A stretch of 64,000 nt of DNA from positions 512,001-576,000 of the forward strand of contig CAVWHO010000016.1 of assembly GCA_963754875.1 (NCBI GenBank). Direction: 5' to 3'. Origin of the DNA: Nitrospirota bacterium. GTDB lineage: Bacteria > Nitrospirota > UBA9217. A program made the position numbers and the translations under genes. The notes beneath the pieces are model-generated. The model saw only the letters and a program-made list of their open reading frames with translations, was not told the origin of the DNA and searched no databases. Within the stretch, counting starts at the first letter, position 1. Each line of letters starts with the position of its first letter. This document shows, piece after piece, positions 51,923 to 62,480 of this stretch.

Positions 51923-52024
51923 GATCGCTCCCGGAGATAAGACAAATAAAATTTGTTGCATTAGATACTAAGGTCTATTTCGTTTGAGCCGCTCAAAGCG
52001 TGAACCGATTAAACCAGTATCCTA

Positions 52025-52150
52025 ACCCGGATAAACCGGAACTAAAATCCTGGAACCGCCACGGCGCGAAGGCCGCGAAGGAGTGCTTAAGATTCCTCGG
52101 TTAAATACCAGGGTTAAAGATTTCCTTTGCGTCCCTAGCGGCTTCGCGGC
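52025..52150. repeat. Intergenic miniature inverted-repeat element
   Basis: ACCCGGATAAACCGG, then 9-nt-periodic arms CCGCCACGGCGCGAAGGCCGCGAAG / CTTTGCGTCCCTAGCGGCTTCGCGG. Confidence 0.55.
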
Positions 52151-52202
52151 AAATATTCCTTCCATTTTGAGAAGTCTTTGACTCATAACTCACATCCACT
52201 TG

Positions 52203-53165
52203 TTAGCGCTTAGCCAGCGCCTCTTTCGCCTTGATGATATTCGTAATGGTTTCGTTCACCGGGACGGTAATGCCTTTTTCCTGCGCCAGCTTCACTATCG
52301 CGCCATTCAGCGCATCGATCTCGAGACGTTTGCCTGCTTTGACGTCATAGTACATGGACGGATAATGCCTGGCTGTAGGCGGGACGAGCCGTGTATAGAA
52401 ATGGTCGCGATAGGCGGCCGCGGATTTCCAGTTCAACGCTGTTCCACGCGCTTGTGCTACGCGAAATATCTCGTCAATGATCGCGTCCATGATCCCGCGC
52501 GTTTCACTATTTTCTGCAAGCTGGCCGTAGGTACATTCAAGGATCGCACCAAGAGGGTTCAGCGCCGCGTTATAGAGAATCTTGTCCCACAGGATGGCCT
52601 CTACGTTCTCGGCGTAAGCGGTCGGAATGCCCGCTGACGTGAATGCCGCTGCGATCTCCAGCACCCGTTCACGATCCACCGCGTCATGAGGCTGGCCGAT
52701 CCGTACGTCGTCGGCAATGACCGTGACCTCGGCCCTGCCCGCAGTCGGCAGCTTTACTCCGAAGATGATCCGCGACAAAAGCGTGTGGTCTTTGCCGACA
52801 ACGCTTGACACGGTTTCATAATTTCCGTATCCGTTCTGCGCAGTGATTACGAGCGTGTCCTCGCCCACGAGCGGTTTGACCTGTTCGATTGCCGCAGCCG
52901 TGTCATAGGACTTGACCGTGAGGATGATGAGATCGAGCTTTTCTCTCCTCAGCGAGTCGACGGAGCCGTAAATGCCGTCGAGTATGGCCTCGTGCTCGCC
53001 CCAGATGCCTGAGACGCGGACCTTTCGGTCCGAAAGAGCTGAAAGATACTTGTCTTTGGTAAGGGCAAAGACCGTGTGGCCCCCTTTTTTGAGAAGTGTA
53101 GCGAACACGGTCCCCAGCGCGCCGAGGCCGGTGATAAGAATAGTATGAGAAGATGATGGATTCAT
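52203..53165 (-). CDS. panE: 2-dehydropantoate 2-reductase family protein
   Basis: GLGALG, TVKSYDT, QNG, WDK..N..LNPL, SMYYD..LEIDALNG. Confidence 0.88.
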   Translation of the reverse strand: MNPSSSHTILITGLGALGTVFATLLKKGGHTVFALTKDKYLSALSDRKVRVSGIWGEHEAILDGIYGSVDSLRREKLDLIILTVKSYDTAAAIEQVKPLVGEDTLVITAQNGYGNYETVSSVVGKDHTLLSRIIFGVKLPTAGRAEVTVIADDVRIGQPHDAVDRERVLEIAAAFTSAGIPTAYAENVEAILWDKILYNAALNPLGAILECTYGQLAENSETRGIMDAIIDEIFRVAQARGTALNWKSAAAYRDHFYTRLVPPTARHYPSMYYDVKAGKRLEIDALNGAIVKLAQEKGITVPVNETITNIIKAKEALAKR

Positions 53166-53299
53166 ACGATGAGCTGACGAGAATACCTCCTCTCCCCTTT
53201 CTCCTGAAAGACTCTTACTTTTATTCGTAAGTATAGCATGAAGTCTTGAAAGATCGCGAGAGCGGAAAGGATGGCTATTCGGAGAACGCGGTTTTATCC

Positions 53300-54508
53300 T
53301 CACCGTATATCGCTTTTCTTGAAGCTTCTAAATAATAGCAAATCATAGACGATCTTAAGCCCGCCTGCAACGAGAAAAGGCGCTCCGAGAAGCGCCTGTG
53401 AAGCGAGCAAGACGCCGGCGATCGACGGAGATATCGCGGCCCCGACGGACCGGGCTATCGCTGTCACCCCGGACGCTGCCGCCCGCTCGTCGGGCGCCAC
53501 AACTGCCATCGTATAAGACTGTCGCGTCGGAACGTCCATCTGGGAGATGCTGAAGCGGAGGAGCAACACCGCGACGGCCCAGACAGCATTCGGCATGAGG
53601 GGTACGAGAATGAGAAGCACATTCGACGGGATATGGGTGAAGACCATGGTGTTGATCAGGACTATGCGTGAGGCGATTTTAACGGCCAGCAGCGCCGAAA
53701 CGCCGGCCAGGATATTCGCGCCGAAGAAGATGCTCCCGAGAACTCCGGCGTTGATGCCGAACCTGAGATGGAACCAGTAGGCCACCATGCTCTGGATCAC
53801 GAACCCTCCGGCAAAAGCGTCGAGGGCAAACAGTCCGGAGAGCTTCATGACTACGCCCTTGGACTTATGGAGACCGAGAACCCGTTCTTTAGCAGGGACA
53901 CTCGCAGCGGCTTCTACTTCAGATGAAAGGAAACTGAACAGACCGACAAGAACAACTCCGCATGCTGCGTATCCGATGATCACCGCCTTGTACGATGCAA
54001 GCTCGGACAATCCTTCTTGCATCAGGCCCTGGGACAAGAACCCGCCTGCGAGTGCGCCCGATGCAGCCGCGAGAGAACCTGCGAGATTGTACCAGGCAAA
54101 AGCTCTCGTGCGTTTTTCGGAAGAAAGAAGCTGCGAAAGGGCCGCCTGCTCCAGCGAAAGAAAAGGTCCGATTTCATTCCCGCTGGGGCTGATGACTCCG
54201 ATGATTGCCGCCAAGGTGAGAAGAACAAGATTCCCGGTCAGGCTGAACACGGTTCCGGCCATGATCATGAGCCCCGCACCGAGAAGCAACATTTTTTTTC
54301 TGCCGATCCGGTCTGCCGTGGTCGTGATCCAGAGCGAGATCCCCGCGTCGCCTGCGAGCGTGAGCGTAAAGAGCAGGCCGATCTCCGCCCCGGTCAGGCC
54401 GGCTTCGCGGAGATAGAGAGCGAGCACCACGGAGAGGGCGCCGTACGCAAAGAGGCGCACGCTTCTGGCACTGAAGAGCAGGATAACGTCACGCTGCAAA
54501 TGCGCCAT
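53300..54508 (-). CDS. MFS transporter
   Basis: About 12 TM; ADRIGRK, SPSGNEIGPF, SQMDVPTRQSY; start overlaps the 3' end of the upstream gene. Confidence 0.88.
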   Translation of the reverse strand: MAHLQRDVILLFSARSVRLFAYGALSVVLALYLREAGLTGAEIGLLFTLTLAGDAGISLWITTTADRIGRKKMLLLGAGLMIMAGTVFSLTGNLVLLTLAAIIGVISPSGNEIGPFLSLEQAALSQLLSSEKRTRAFAWYNLAGSLAAASGALAGGFLSQGLMQEGLSELASYKAVIIGYAACGVVLVGLFSFLSSEVEAAASVPAKERVLGLHKSKGVVMKLSGLFALDAFAGGFVIQSMVAYWFHLRFGINAGVLGSIFFGANILAGVSALLAVKIASRIVLINTMVFTHIPSNVLLILVPLMPNAVWAVAVLLLRFSISQMDVPTRQSYTMAVVAPDERAAASGVTAIARSVGAAISPSIAGVLLASQALLGAPFLVAGGLKIVYDLLLFRSFKKSDIR

Positions 54509-54953
54509 GGGCCCTTCCCTGCCTGACCATTTCTTTGCAATAGGCATACAGCGCGTCGTACACGATCCATTCTGCCCCGTTGATCGCATGATCGTCCATA
54601 AGCCCGAGATGACGAAACCCCTCGGCAACCGCATTGAGACCAGGACCTTCGGGCTGATGATGAAGGCTGTTGTCCGTGTCCGCGCCGTTCACAATCCTGG
54701 AGAGCAGCACCAATGCCGGATCGCCCGCAAGGCTATACTTTTTCACAATGGCATCGAACGAACATTCCTTGCCGTGGTGCCCCAACTCGACGTCCGGCAC
54801 ATCAAAAGGTATCGCACCGATCCGCACAGCTTCAGTCTGCACCTGTTCTGCCGGAACAAAAAAGAATTCAGCGTCCGTGTCCACGAGCTTTTTAATGAGC
54901 CAGGGACAGGCAACGCGGTCCACTTTCACGTTTGCACGGGTGATCCATTTCAT
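54489..54953 (-). CDS. ChrB C-terminal-domain (chromate resistance) protein
   Basis: MKWITR..VDRVACPWLI..D..AEF, PFD, H..CSFD, VYDALYA. Confidence 0.85.
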   Translation of the reverse strand: MKWITRANVKVDRVACPWLIKKLVDTDAEFFFVPAEQVQTEAVRIGAIPFDVPDVELGHHGKECSFDAIVKKYSLAGDPALVLLSRIVNGADTDNSLHHQPEGPGLNAVAEGFRHLGLMDDHAINGAEWIVYDALYAYCKEMVRQGRAHGAFAA

Positions 54954-55113
54954 GATAGTTCTCCTTAGGGATGGGGCGTGTGCAGAAGGGCAGGCGAAAA
55001 GCGTTGAAATGTGTTCATTATAATCAGGGAAAAACGCAAGCGGTCGGCGGACCAGTCAGCAGGCGCCGCCGGAGACAGGGCGGATCAGCGCCTGAAGGCC
55101 GGTTCGCTGTCGA

Positions 55114-55305
55114 TCATTGCCTCAGCGACTTGTAAAGTTCTTCAAGGTCGTGCTCGTGCTTTAATTCCATTGATGCAAAGTGCTCGAAAAGCTTTTTGGC
55201 CTCCTCATTATCAGTGTCCCTGGCCGCTTTTAGGTAAAATTCATGCGCGTTGTGCTCGTTGACTATCGCCGTCTTGAAAATCTCAAATAGCGTTTCTTTC
55301 TCCAT
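55114..55305 (-). CDS. Short ferritin-like/rubrerythrin half-domain protein
   Basis: AIVNEHNAHEFY..FASMELKH; GAGGAGG RBS. Confidence 0.8.
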   Translation of the reverse strand: MEKETLFEIFKTAIVNEHNAHEFYLKAARDTDNEEAKKLFEHFASMELKHEHDLEELYKSLRQ

Positions 55306-55342
55306 GATGCCTCCTCGTTGTCAGCGTTCCCCGCAGACGCTA

Positions 55343-56503
55343 GTATCTTGACAAATTAATAACGAAACATTATACTATACTTCATGAGACAAGTTAAAAT
55401 GCAACTTACCGAAGAAGATCGAGCCACTCTAAAGCCATTTCGTGCCAAGGGGCAGCATATGGCCAGAGAATTCAATCGCGCACATATATTATCGGCTTTA
55501 GACCAAAACGTACCTGAAAAGCAAATCATGTTAGTTCTGGGTGTTGGTCGAACCGCCATTTGGCGCACCCGCTCTGCCTACCTGGAAAAAGGCTTGGCTT
55601 ATGCTTTGCATGATGTCGAGCGGCCTGGGCAACCGATACTATATGGAACCGATCAGCAGGCCGAGGTCGTGGCTTTGGCCTGTAGCGCACCTCCGAAGGG
55701 CGCCAAGCGCTGGACAATCGACTTGTTGACCAAAGCAGCGAGACGGCGACCGAAACTTAAAAATATTAGTCGTGAAAGCATTCGTCTCTTTCTAAAAAAA
55801 ACGACTGCAAACCCTGGCGCAGGTTGATGTGGTGCATTGGTAAATTGACCACGGAATATCGCCAAAGGATGTATGATTTGCTGGATCTTTACGCAAGACC
55901 TTATCAGGAGAACGAGCCGGTGGTCTGCGTAGACGAAAAGAGCAAGCAACTTTTGGAACAACCACGGGCACCGATTCCAGCCAGCCCGGGAAATCCGACC
56001 AAAGAAGATTACGAGTATAAGCGTGCTGGTACCCGTAACATTTTCATGGCGATTGAACCTAAGGGCGGACACAGGCAGGCGGAAGTAACAGCCCATCGCA
56101 CAAAGAGTGATTTTGTGCAGTTCATCAGTCATTTGGTGAAAAAAGTCTATGCAAGAGCGCAGAAGATTCATCTGGTGCTGGATAATCTTAATACTCATTT
56201 CCGCAGCAGTTTTGAAGAAGTATTGGGTGTTAAACGAGCGACCCAATTGTTGGACAGGGTAGAATTTCATTACACTCCCAAGCATGCCAGTTGGCTCAAT
56301 ATGGCCGAAATTGAAATCGGAATCATGGATCGACAATGTACTGGGTGTCGATTGCCAAACGAACAAACCCTTCGGGCGGAAATTGTCGCGTGGAGTGACC
56401 GTCGCAATCAAGCCCGATCAACAATAGATTGGAGATTCACGCGACAAGATGCTGATCAGAAGCTATCTCGTCATTATGTTTCGTAATTAACTTGTTGCAA
56501 TAC
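55343..56503 (+). mobile_element. IS630-family insertion sequence
   Basis: TA duplication in a CTAG target (55341-2, 56504-5); about 30-bp imperfect TIRs GTATCTTGACAAATTAATAACGAAACAT / GTATTGCAACAAGTTAATTACGAAACAT. Confidence 0.93.
55384..56486 (+). CDS. IS630 transposase (two ORFs joined by a -1 frameshift at A8, 55794-55801)
   Basis: The shift restores LKKNDCKPW; DDE motifs VCVDEK, VLDNLNTH, ASWLNMAEIE. Confidence 0.93.
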
Positions 56504-56766
56504 TAGATTGTTCGATTGCTCAAACAGGCCTTGCGTTAAACTTCTGCGTGAGTAGGATTAACTTTGCAATCAATAATATATCCCAATTATTTGCTACCTT
56601 GGTGCGTTGGTAAAAGTATACCATATTGATTTCCCGGACGAAGCGTTTACAGTCCGATTTTCCCGCATTTGCGGCAGGAAATTGCTGAGGTTTTTGCAGC
56701 TCACGACAAAAAAACGGGTGACCACATGGGAGATGGCCGACTTTTGCTCTGCCGAAACAGATTAAT

Positions 56767-56801
56767 AAAAAACCTCCGAAGGGCAGATCCCCCCGGAGGT
56801 T
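56767..56801 (-). terminator. Intrinsic terminator
   Basis: AACCTCCG..CGGAGGTT hairpin plus T tract on the minus strand. Confidence 0.7.
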
Positions 56802-56825
56802 GTGATAAAAGCGTATATCTCTTAT

Positions 56826-57338
56826 TTAGAAGTAGTAATTGAAGCTTATGCCTGCCCTCTCGGTGCCGAAGTCAGTGGTTTTGACCGTCGTGCTGGCCGG
56901 GCCGGGCGTTGTCGTTTCCTCGGAACTGTAGCCGAAGCCGACCTTTCCCTCGATGCTGAACTGCTTGTAAAGGAAATATTCCGCGCCGAATTCTCCCATC
57001 AGGCTGAAGCTCTTCTGGTCTCCGTCCTGCGTTGAGCTGTAAAAGATCGTGCCTCCCACAAAAGGTGCAAAGTCGTCAACTTCGAGATATTTCCTTACGC
57101 CGCCTCCTATTCCAATATCAGTGCCGCTTGCATCTCCGCCTCTCACGCCTAAGCCGAAGCTCGCAAGCACTGCCATATCCCTCGTAATAAAATATTTGCC
57201 GGTAAGAACAAAATCATCATTGACGTCAACGTTGAATCCCAGCGCGCCCTGCCGTATACTGTTTGCTGCGGATGCGCTCCCGGCCCCGAAACCTATCGCC
57301 ATGACCAGGGCCAGCACGATTATAATAAGTTTATTCAT
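56826..57338 (-). CDS. Small outer-membrane beta-barrel protein
   Basis: Signal peptide, amphipathic beta strands, C-terminal ISFNYYF. Confidence 0.85.
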   Translation of the reverse strand: MNKLIIIVLALVMAIGFGAGSASAANSIRQGALGFNVDVNDDFVLTGKYFITRDMAVLASFGLGVRGGDASGTDIGIGGGVRKYLEVDDFAPFVGGTIFYSSTQDGDQKSFSLMGEFGAEYFLYKQFSIEGKVGFGYSSEETTTPGPASTTVKTTDFGTERAGISFNYYF

Positions 57339-57438
57339 AATACCTCTCCTCCTTGTTTGGCTTTTTTGAGCAATAATAAACTACTTTGAGCAATGATACA
57401 CTACGCGGGCAGCGTCATTCATAAATACATTGCCTGCG

Positions 57439-57466
57439 ATTATACTAATTGCTTATCCGTTGTCAA
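57439..57466 (-). promoter_or_regulatory. Consensus sigma70 promoter
   Basis: TTGACA-N16-TATAAT upstream of the beta-barrel gene. Confidence 0.75.
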
Positions 57467-57612
57467 GAATTTTTATTACCACTAGGAGGAATCATGGGGG
57501 GGCAGGAAGACAAGTAATTGCTGGGAGCATGGTGCGTTCCCCTGCGGCAAGGCGATTGCGCCGCAAGATACCGAGGGGTTGCTTCCCGTGATGCACATGA
57601 CCGATCGCGGGC

Positions 57613-59922
57613 TTACCGTTTCATTGCCATGACCTTGCCGACGATTTCGGCCATCTCCCGTACGCGGTACGGCTTCGCGATGACGCCCAGGAAGCCATAG
57701 TCTTCGTAATGGGCCATGATCGGGTCATGAGAGTACCCGCTGGAGACGATGGCCCGGACCCCGGGATCGAGCTCGATCAGTTTGGCAAGCGTCTTCCTGC
57801 CGCCCATGCCTCCGGGCACCGTCAGGTCCATTATGACGACATCAAACGGTTTTCCCGCTTCGCGGGCTTTGCCATAGAGCCCGATCGCCTCGCTGCCGTC
57901 TTTGGCGAGCTCGACTTCATATCCAGCGGTCTGCAGGATCTTTCCGGCCGCGTCCAGGATGATCGCTTCATCATCCATGATCAGGACCCTGCCGTGGCCG
58001 GTCCTGAGTCCGGTGCTTGTGTCTTCCGGCGTTTTGAGTTCTTTCGCGGAAGCCGGAAGATACATTGAAATGGTCGTCCACACGCCAGGTTCCGACTCTG
58101 CAAAAATGACGCCGCCGTGCTTTTTTATAATGGAATAGGCCGTGGCGAGCCCCAGGCCGGCTCCATGTTTTTTTGTCGTGAAATAGGGGTCGAAGATCTT
58201 GGCAAGGTGCTCTTTCGGCATGCCGACGCCCTGGTCTGCTATGCATATTCTCACATAGTCTCCGGCCTTGAGAGACAGGACCTCGTTCGCTTCCAGGCTC
58301 ACATTTTCACCGGAGATGGTGATCTTGCCGCCCAGAGGCATGGCTTGGTCTGCATTGATCACGATGTTGTGGATGACCTGTCGCAGCTGTCCGCTGTCCG
58401 CTTCGACTGGCCGAAGATTCGCGGGAAGGGAAATCGTTCGGCCGGCCTTAGACCCCCGAAGGGCGAAACTTGCCGCCTCCTTGATAAGATCGTTGATGAC
58501 GACCGTTTTCCTGACCGGCTCGCCCCCCCGCGAAAACGTGAGGAGTTGCTGCGTCAGGCCGTGAGCCTGTATTGATGCCTGCTCGGCTTTTTCCAGGATC
58601 GGCATAAGCAGATTATCGCGATTGAGATGCATCCTCGCCAGCTCGATGTTCGCCGTGATACCAGTTATGAGGTTGTTGAAATCGTGCGCAATGCCGCCCG
58701 CCAGAATACCCAGGGAATCCAGTTTCTGTGCCTTCAGAATGTCTTCTTCCAGCATCTTGCGATCGGTGCTGTCGCGGGAATTTACGATGATCCGCACAGC
58801 CTGGTCCTCATCGATCAGGCTCTTGCCGATCGATTCAAAGATACGCCACGAGCCGTCCCGGTGCATCACCCGGATCTCGATCATTTCCGACGTTCCCGGC
58901 GTCCCGATGAGCCTCGTGAAGGCGTCCTGCGCCGCCGGCCGGTCGTCGGGATGCAGGTACTCGAACACGAGACCGCCGATCAACTCGCCGCGCCGGTATC
59001 CCAGCAGTCTTTCGATGGAGGGGCTCTCAAAGAGGATATTTCCGCTGCCGTCCAGGACCGTGATGAGGTCAAGGGCGTTCTCGATCAGCGACCGGAAGTA
59101 GACTTCGCTTTGTCTGCGCAGGTCCTCGGAAACGCTGCGCGCAGCGATCTCCTCCTGGAGGCGGCCATTGGCGCGTTCCCATTCAAGGGTGCGCTCTTTT
59201 ACCAGCATCTCCAGATGGTCCCGGTGTTTCTGCAGTTCTTCCTCGGCCTTTTTGCGCTCCCCAATCTCGGCACGGAGCTCTTCGTTCAGCTTTTCCGTAC
59301 GGTCCTTCGCCGAAGCCAGGTAGGCGACCAAGTTTCTGTTCTCGAGGCGGAGCTTGAGCGACAGTGCAGACATGTCATGAACCCGCCACGCCGTTGAATG
59401 GATCAATACTGCGAAGAGGAGGGTGGTCCCTCCCATGGTGACATGGATTTCGTCGCCGTAAGAGAAGAGCCGGAAGATCAGGGGCACGAGGACCGGAATG
59501 CTGTATGACAGAAAGGCCGTTTTGATGGTCGAAAACGTGGCAGCAGCTCCCGCAACCATACCGCCGAGAATAAAGGCGAGAAACACCTGGTGCGGCAACG
59601 ACTCCACAGGAAACACAAGTATGCTGGCAGTTCCCCACACGATGCCGGTCAGGGCCATGCCGATAATAAACTGTGTGCCCCGGCTTCGCGCTTCCGCAGG
59701 GGATGGTGGATTGAGCCGGTAGTGGTATACTTGGACGGCTCGAATGATGGTAACCATGAACAGGCAGGCCAGCCAGACGGTCAATGTACGATGGGAAACT
59801 ACCTTCCAAAGCACATAGGCCAGGGCAATGGCGTTGAGGACCGTCGCAGTCATGCCCAGGAGCGCCCGGTCATACAACTGTTTAACCTGGTCTGCACGGA
59901 CCTGCGAACGTTCGTCAGACAT
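57613..59922 (-). CDS. Hybrid sensor histidine kinase (multi-TM, PAS, HisKA, HATPase, receiver)
   Basis: LAGGIAHDFNN, DPYFTTK..GLGL, VLIMDDE, IMDLTVPG. Confidence 0.92.
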   Translation of the reverse strand: MSDERSQVRADQVKQLYDRALLGMTATVLNAIALAYVLWKVVSHRTLTVWLACLFMVTIIRAVQVYHYRLNPPSPAEARSRGTQFIIGMALTGIVWGTASILVFPVESLPHQVFLAFILGGMVAGAAATFSTIKTAFLSYSIPVLVPLIFRLFSYGDEIHVTMGGTTLLFAVLIHSTAWRVHDMSALSLKLRLENRNLVAYLASAKDRTEKLNEELRAEIGERKKAEEELQKHRDHLEMLVKERTLEWERANGRLQEEIAARSVSEDLRRQSEVYFRSLIENALDLITVLDGSGNILFESPSIERLLGYRRGELIGGLVFEYLHPDDRPAAQDAFTRLIGTPGTSEMIEIRVMHRDGSWRIFESIGKSLIDEDQAVRIIVNSRDSTDRKMLEEDILKAQKLDSLGILAGGIAHDFNNLITGITANIELARMHLNRDNLLMPILEKAEQASIQAHGLTQQLLTFSRGGEPVRKTVVINDLIKEAASFALRGSKAGRTISLPANLRPVEADSGQLRQVIHNIVINADQAMPLGGKITISGENVSLEANEVLSLKAGDYVRICIADQGVGMPKEHLAKIFDPYFTTKKHGAGLGLATAYSIIKKHGGVIFAESEPGVWTTISMYLPASAKELKTPEDTSTGLRTGHGRVLIMDDEAIILDAAGKILQTAGYEVELAKDGSEAIGLYGKAREAGKPFDVVIMDLTVPGGMGGRKTLAKLIELDPGVRAIVSSGYSHDPIMAHYEDYGFLGVIAKPYRVREMAEIVGKVMAMKR

Positions 59923-60177
59923 GGCACTTCCTTCGGGAGGCTGCGATCGTGCCCTTTGCGAAGCTAGGGTATTTTGAGGAGGACGAAATAACCTGCGCCA
60001 TCGTGTTTCATGTTACAAAATTTTCGTTTTAAAATCCAATGAAATATGCATCGAGTTTCCTTAGAATGGGGCAAAGAGGGGTCTCGAATACGGGCTGAGT
60101 GCCCCTCTGCCTGGTGAGTACGAAGTTTGAAGCTCAAGGGCCGCGCTCCGTAACGTGCAACGGGTCGACCGTATAAT

Positions 60178-60420
60178 CTATCCTCCCGCAATGGGCGGGA
60201 AAATCCCTACGCGATCGGATTCGGAGATCATAAAATCTTTTTTTTCTACAGCGCCGTTGACCACGGTCACGAGCGGTCGTTCCCCCAGGTTCAGAAGCTC
60301 ATGCAACCCCTTGACCGTCGTCCCCGCGGGTGCATCGACGAAAAACTCCTTCTCACCGAAGCAGGACAAATCTTCGTTCTGACAGGTGAGGCCCGCGAAC
60401 AGCCTTACTTCAATCTTCAC
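60178..60420 (-). CDS. MoaD/ThiS-family sulfur carrier
   Basis: Ubiquitin-like, C-terminal FPPIAGG; GGAGGAG RBS plus GTG start. Confidence 0.88.
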   Translation of the reverse strand: MKIEVRLFAGLTCQNEDLSCFGEKEFFVDAPAGTTVKGLHELLNLGERPLVTVVNGAVEKKDFMISESDRVGIFPPIAGG

Positions 60421-60466
60421 GAATGACTCCTCCCCCGAAATCACGCAAAATCAACTGCACATGAAT

Positions 60467-60497
60467 AAAAAGGGAGAGATGACTATCATCTCTCCCT
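60467..60497 (-). terminator. Intrinsic terminator between aor and the moaD-like gene
   Basis: AGGGAGAGATGA/TCATCTCTCCCT hairpin plus T tract. Confidence 0.75.
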
Positions 60498-60520
60498 CAG
60501 AGGAATTCATGTTCGGCCAG

Positions 60521-62257
60521 CTACCAGTTAAACACCTTATCCAGGTCTTCGTCCTTCACCTGGAACGTAACATTGTGCGGCGCAAAGGGTTCGGTCGTGA
60601 AGTACCGCGGGAGGCGGTCCTGCTGGGCAGTGAAGCCGGCGCGGGTATTGAAGTCACGCTCCATCTTGAGCACTTTCTTTCCGAGGTCCGTAACGCCGTC
60701 GGCGGTCATGGTCGTACCATAGGTGCCGCTCACGATATCCAGAAGCGCCTGGAACGTCTCGGGCTGGTCAAGGATGGCGAAAGCGATGAAGAGGCACATC
60801 CCGACGGAGTCGATTGCCGCGGTTGCGATCTGGAGGTTCCGGGACAGTTCGATCTGGCCCTCGGGCTTGAGCGCATTCACGTCGCCGCCTACCTTGAGAA
60901 CATTCTGCGCCACGGCATAGCCTGCCGTGTGGTCCGCGCCCATGGGGCTCGTTGCATAGGTGACGCCCACGCCCATAACCGCACGCGGATCATAGGCAGG
61001 CATGGACTGGCCCTTCACGACCGGGACCCGTTCCACGCCGAAGACCTTGCCCGTGACTGCCGCGCCGTTCCCCAGGATGCGGCCCAGGTGTGTGCCCTTG
61101 CCCACTTCCTTCACGAGGTTGATGGCCGCCTGGGCATCGCCGAACTTGGCAAGGCCCGCTTCCATGGCAACACCGATGGTCGCTCCCATCTCGATGGTGT
61201 CGATGCCGATGTTGTCGTCCATGAAATCGAGCATGGCGATAGAGTCCATGTCGTCGATGCCGCAGTTGCCGCCGTGGGCCCAGACCGTCTCGTACTCGGG
61301 CTGCTTGGTCAGGTAGTGGCCGTCCTTGTCGTGGTACACGCCGGAGCACTGGATCACGCAGCCCCGGTGACAGGCATGGGTGGCCATACCGCCGCGCTTG
61401 GTCTCGAGCGCGGCCACGGTCTCGCCGCTGATCTTGGAAGCGCCGTCAAAGCGTCCCTGCTTGAAATTATAAGTGGGATAGCCGCCGACTTCGTTCAGGA
61501 TGTTGGTCAGAATGTTCGTGCCATAGGCAGGAAGCCCCTGGCCGGTCACCGGATGCTTACGGAGCCCCTCCACGAACTTTTTATTGGCCTCGCGGAATTT
61601 CTCCGCGTCCTTGGGGGGCCGCGGCGCCTTGCCGGTGTCGTCAAGGACAATGACTTTGATATTCTTGGAGCCCATCACCGCCCCCACGCCGCCCCTGCCC
61701 GCGTGACGAGTAGGTCTCAGCTCCATGTCCGTGCACGCCACGGTCGCGGCGCTCATCTTCATCTCGCCTGCAGGCCCGATCGAGATACAGGCGATTTTGT
61801 CGCCGTACTCTTTCTTCATCTTCTCGATAAGCTCGTAGTTGGGAAGCATTTTGAGACTATTGTCCGGCTTTACCTTTACTCCATCCTTGTTGATGAAGAT
61901 CTTATAGAGCGTGTCGTCCGTGGGCTTTCCTTCAAGCACGATGGCTGCATACCCCAGCCTGGCAAGGACCTGAGACGGTTGCCCTCCTGAGTTAGCCTCT
62001 TTGATGCCGCCTGTAAGCGGACTTTTGCAGCCCACAGAGAGCCTGCTCGACATTGCTGCGCCGGTCCCGCTCAAGAGACCCGGCGCAATCACCAGCTTGT
62101 TTTCTCCTCCGAGCGGATGGCAGAGCGGGGGTACTTCCTTGGAAACAATGGCCGAGGTCATCGCTCTCCCCCCGAAACCCGCGTACTCGCCAAGCGCCGT
62201 TTCCTTGACCTGCGGACCACCCTGAGCGCCCACATTGATTCTCAAGATCTTATCCAT
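60521..62257 (-). CDS. aor: Aldehyde:ferredoxin oxidoreductase (tungstopterin family)
   Basis: KSPLTGGIKEANSGG, AGRGGVGAVMGSK, CHRGCVIQC, PEYET, YDPR, DSVGMC. Confidence 0.93.
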   Translation of the reverse strand: MDKILRINVGAQGGPQVKETALGEYAGFGGRAMTSAIVSKEVPPLCHPLGGENKLVIAPGLLSGTGAAMSSRLSVGCKSPLTGGIKEANSGGQPSQVLARLGYAAIVLEGKPTDDTLYKIFINKDGVKVKPDNSLKMLPNYELIEKMKKEYGDKIACISIGPAGEMKMSAATVACTDMELRPTRHAGRGGVGAVMGSKNIKVIVLDDTGKAPRPPKDAEKFREANKKFVEGLRKHPVTGQGLPAYGTNILTNILNEVGGYPTYNFKQGRFDGASKISGETVAALETKRGGMATHACHRGCVIQCSGVYHDKDGHYLTKQPEYETVWAHGGNCGIDDMDSIAMLDFMDDNIGIDTIEMGATIGVAMEAGLAKFGDAQAAINLVKEVGKGTHLGRILGNGAAVTGKVFGVERVPVVKGQSMPAYDPRAVMGVGVTYATSPMGADHTAGYAVAQNVLKVGGDVNALKPEGQIELSRNLQIATAAIDSVGMCLFIAFAILDQPETFQALLDIVSGTYGTTMTADGVTDLGKKVLKMERDFNTRAGFTAQQDRLPRYFTTEPFAPHNVTFQVKDEDLDKVFNW

Positions 62258-62349
62258 GGTTTCCTCCCTCAAATTGTAAATTTACATCTCATCGGAATCT
62301 TAATGATGATTTTAAAGCATAGGCGTGATGATTTTATTGAATACATTAA

Positions 62350-62377
62350 ATAATAGCACAGGAAGGACAATTGTCAA
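62350..62377 (-). promoter_or_regulatory. Sigma70 promoter for aor
   Basis: TTGACA-N16-TATTAT with a TGn extension. Confidence 0.55.
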
Positions 62378-62480
62378 TGGAACTTTGCCGGTATTGCAAT
62401 GGGAAAGTTTTTTTTCTTTATGACAGGAAACTGATAAGACCTTGCCTAAATATTAATCAAATGGAATGATCGAAACGGCT

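Noticed and set aside
60065..60115. TPP- or Moco-riboswitch-like hairpin
   Set aside because: Only a GC hairpin; the conserved cores are missing and it lies downstream of the moaD-like gene.
60386..61990. 534-aa plus-strand ORF
   Set aside because: Antisense shadow of aor.
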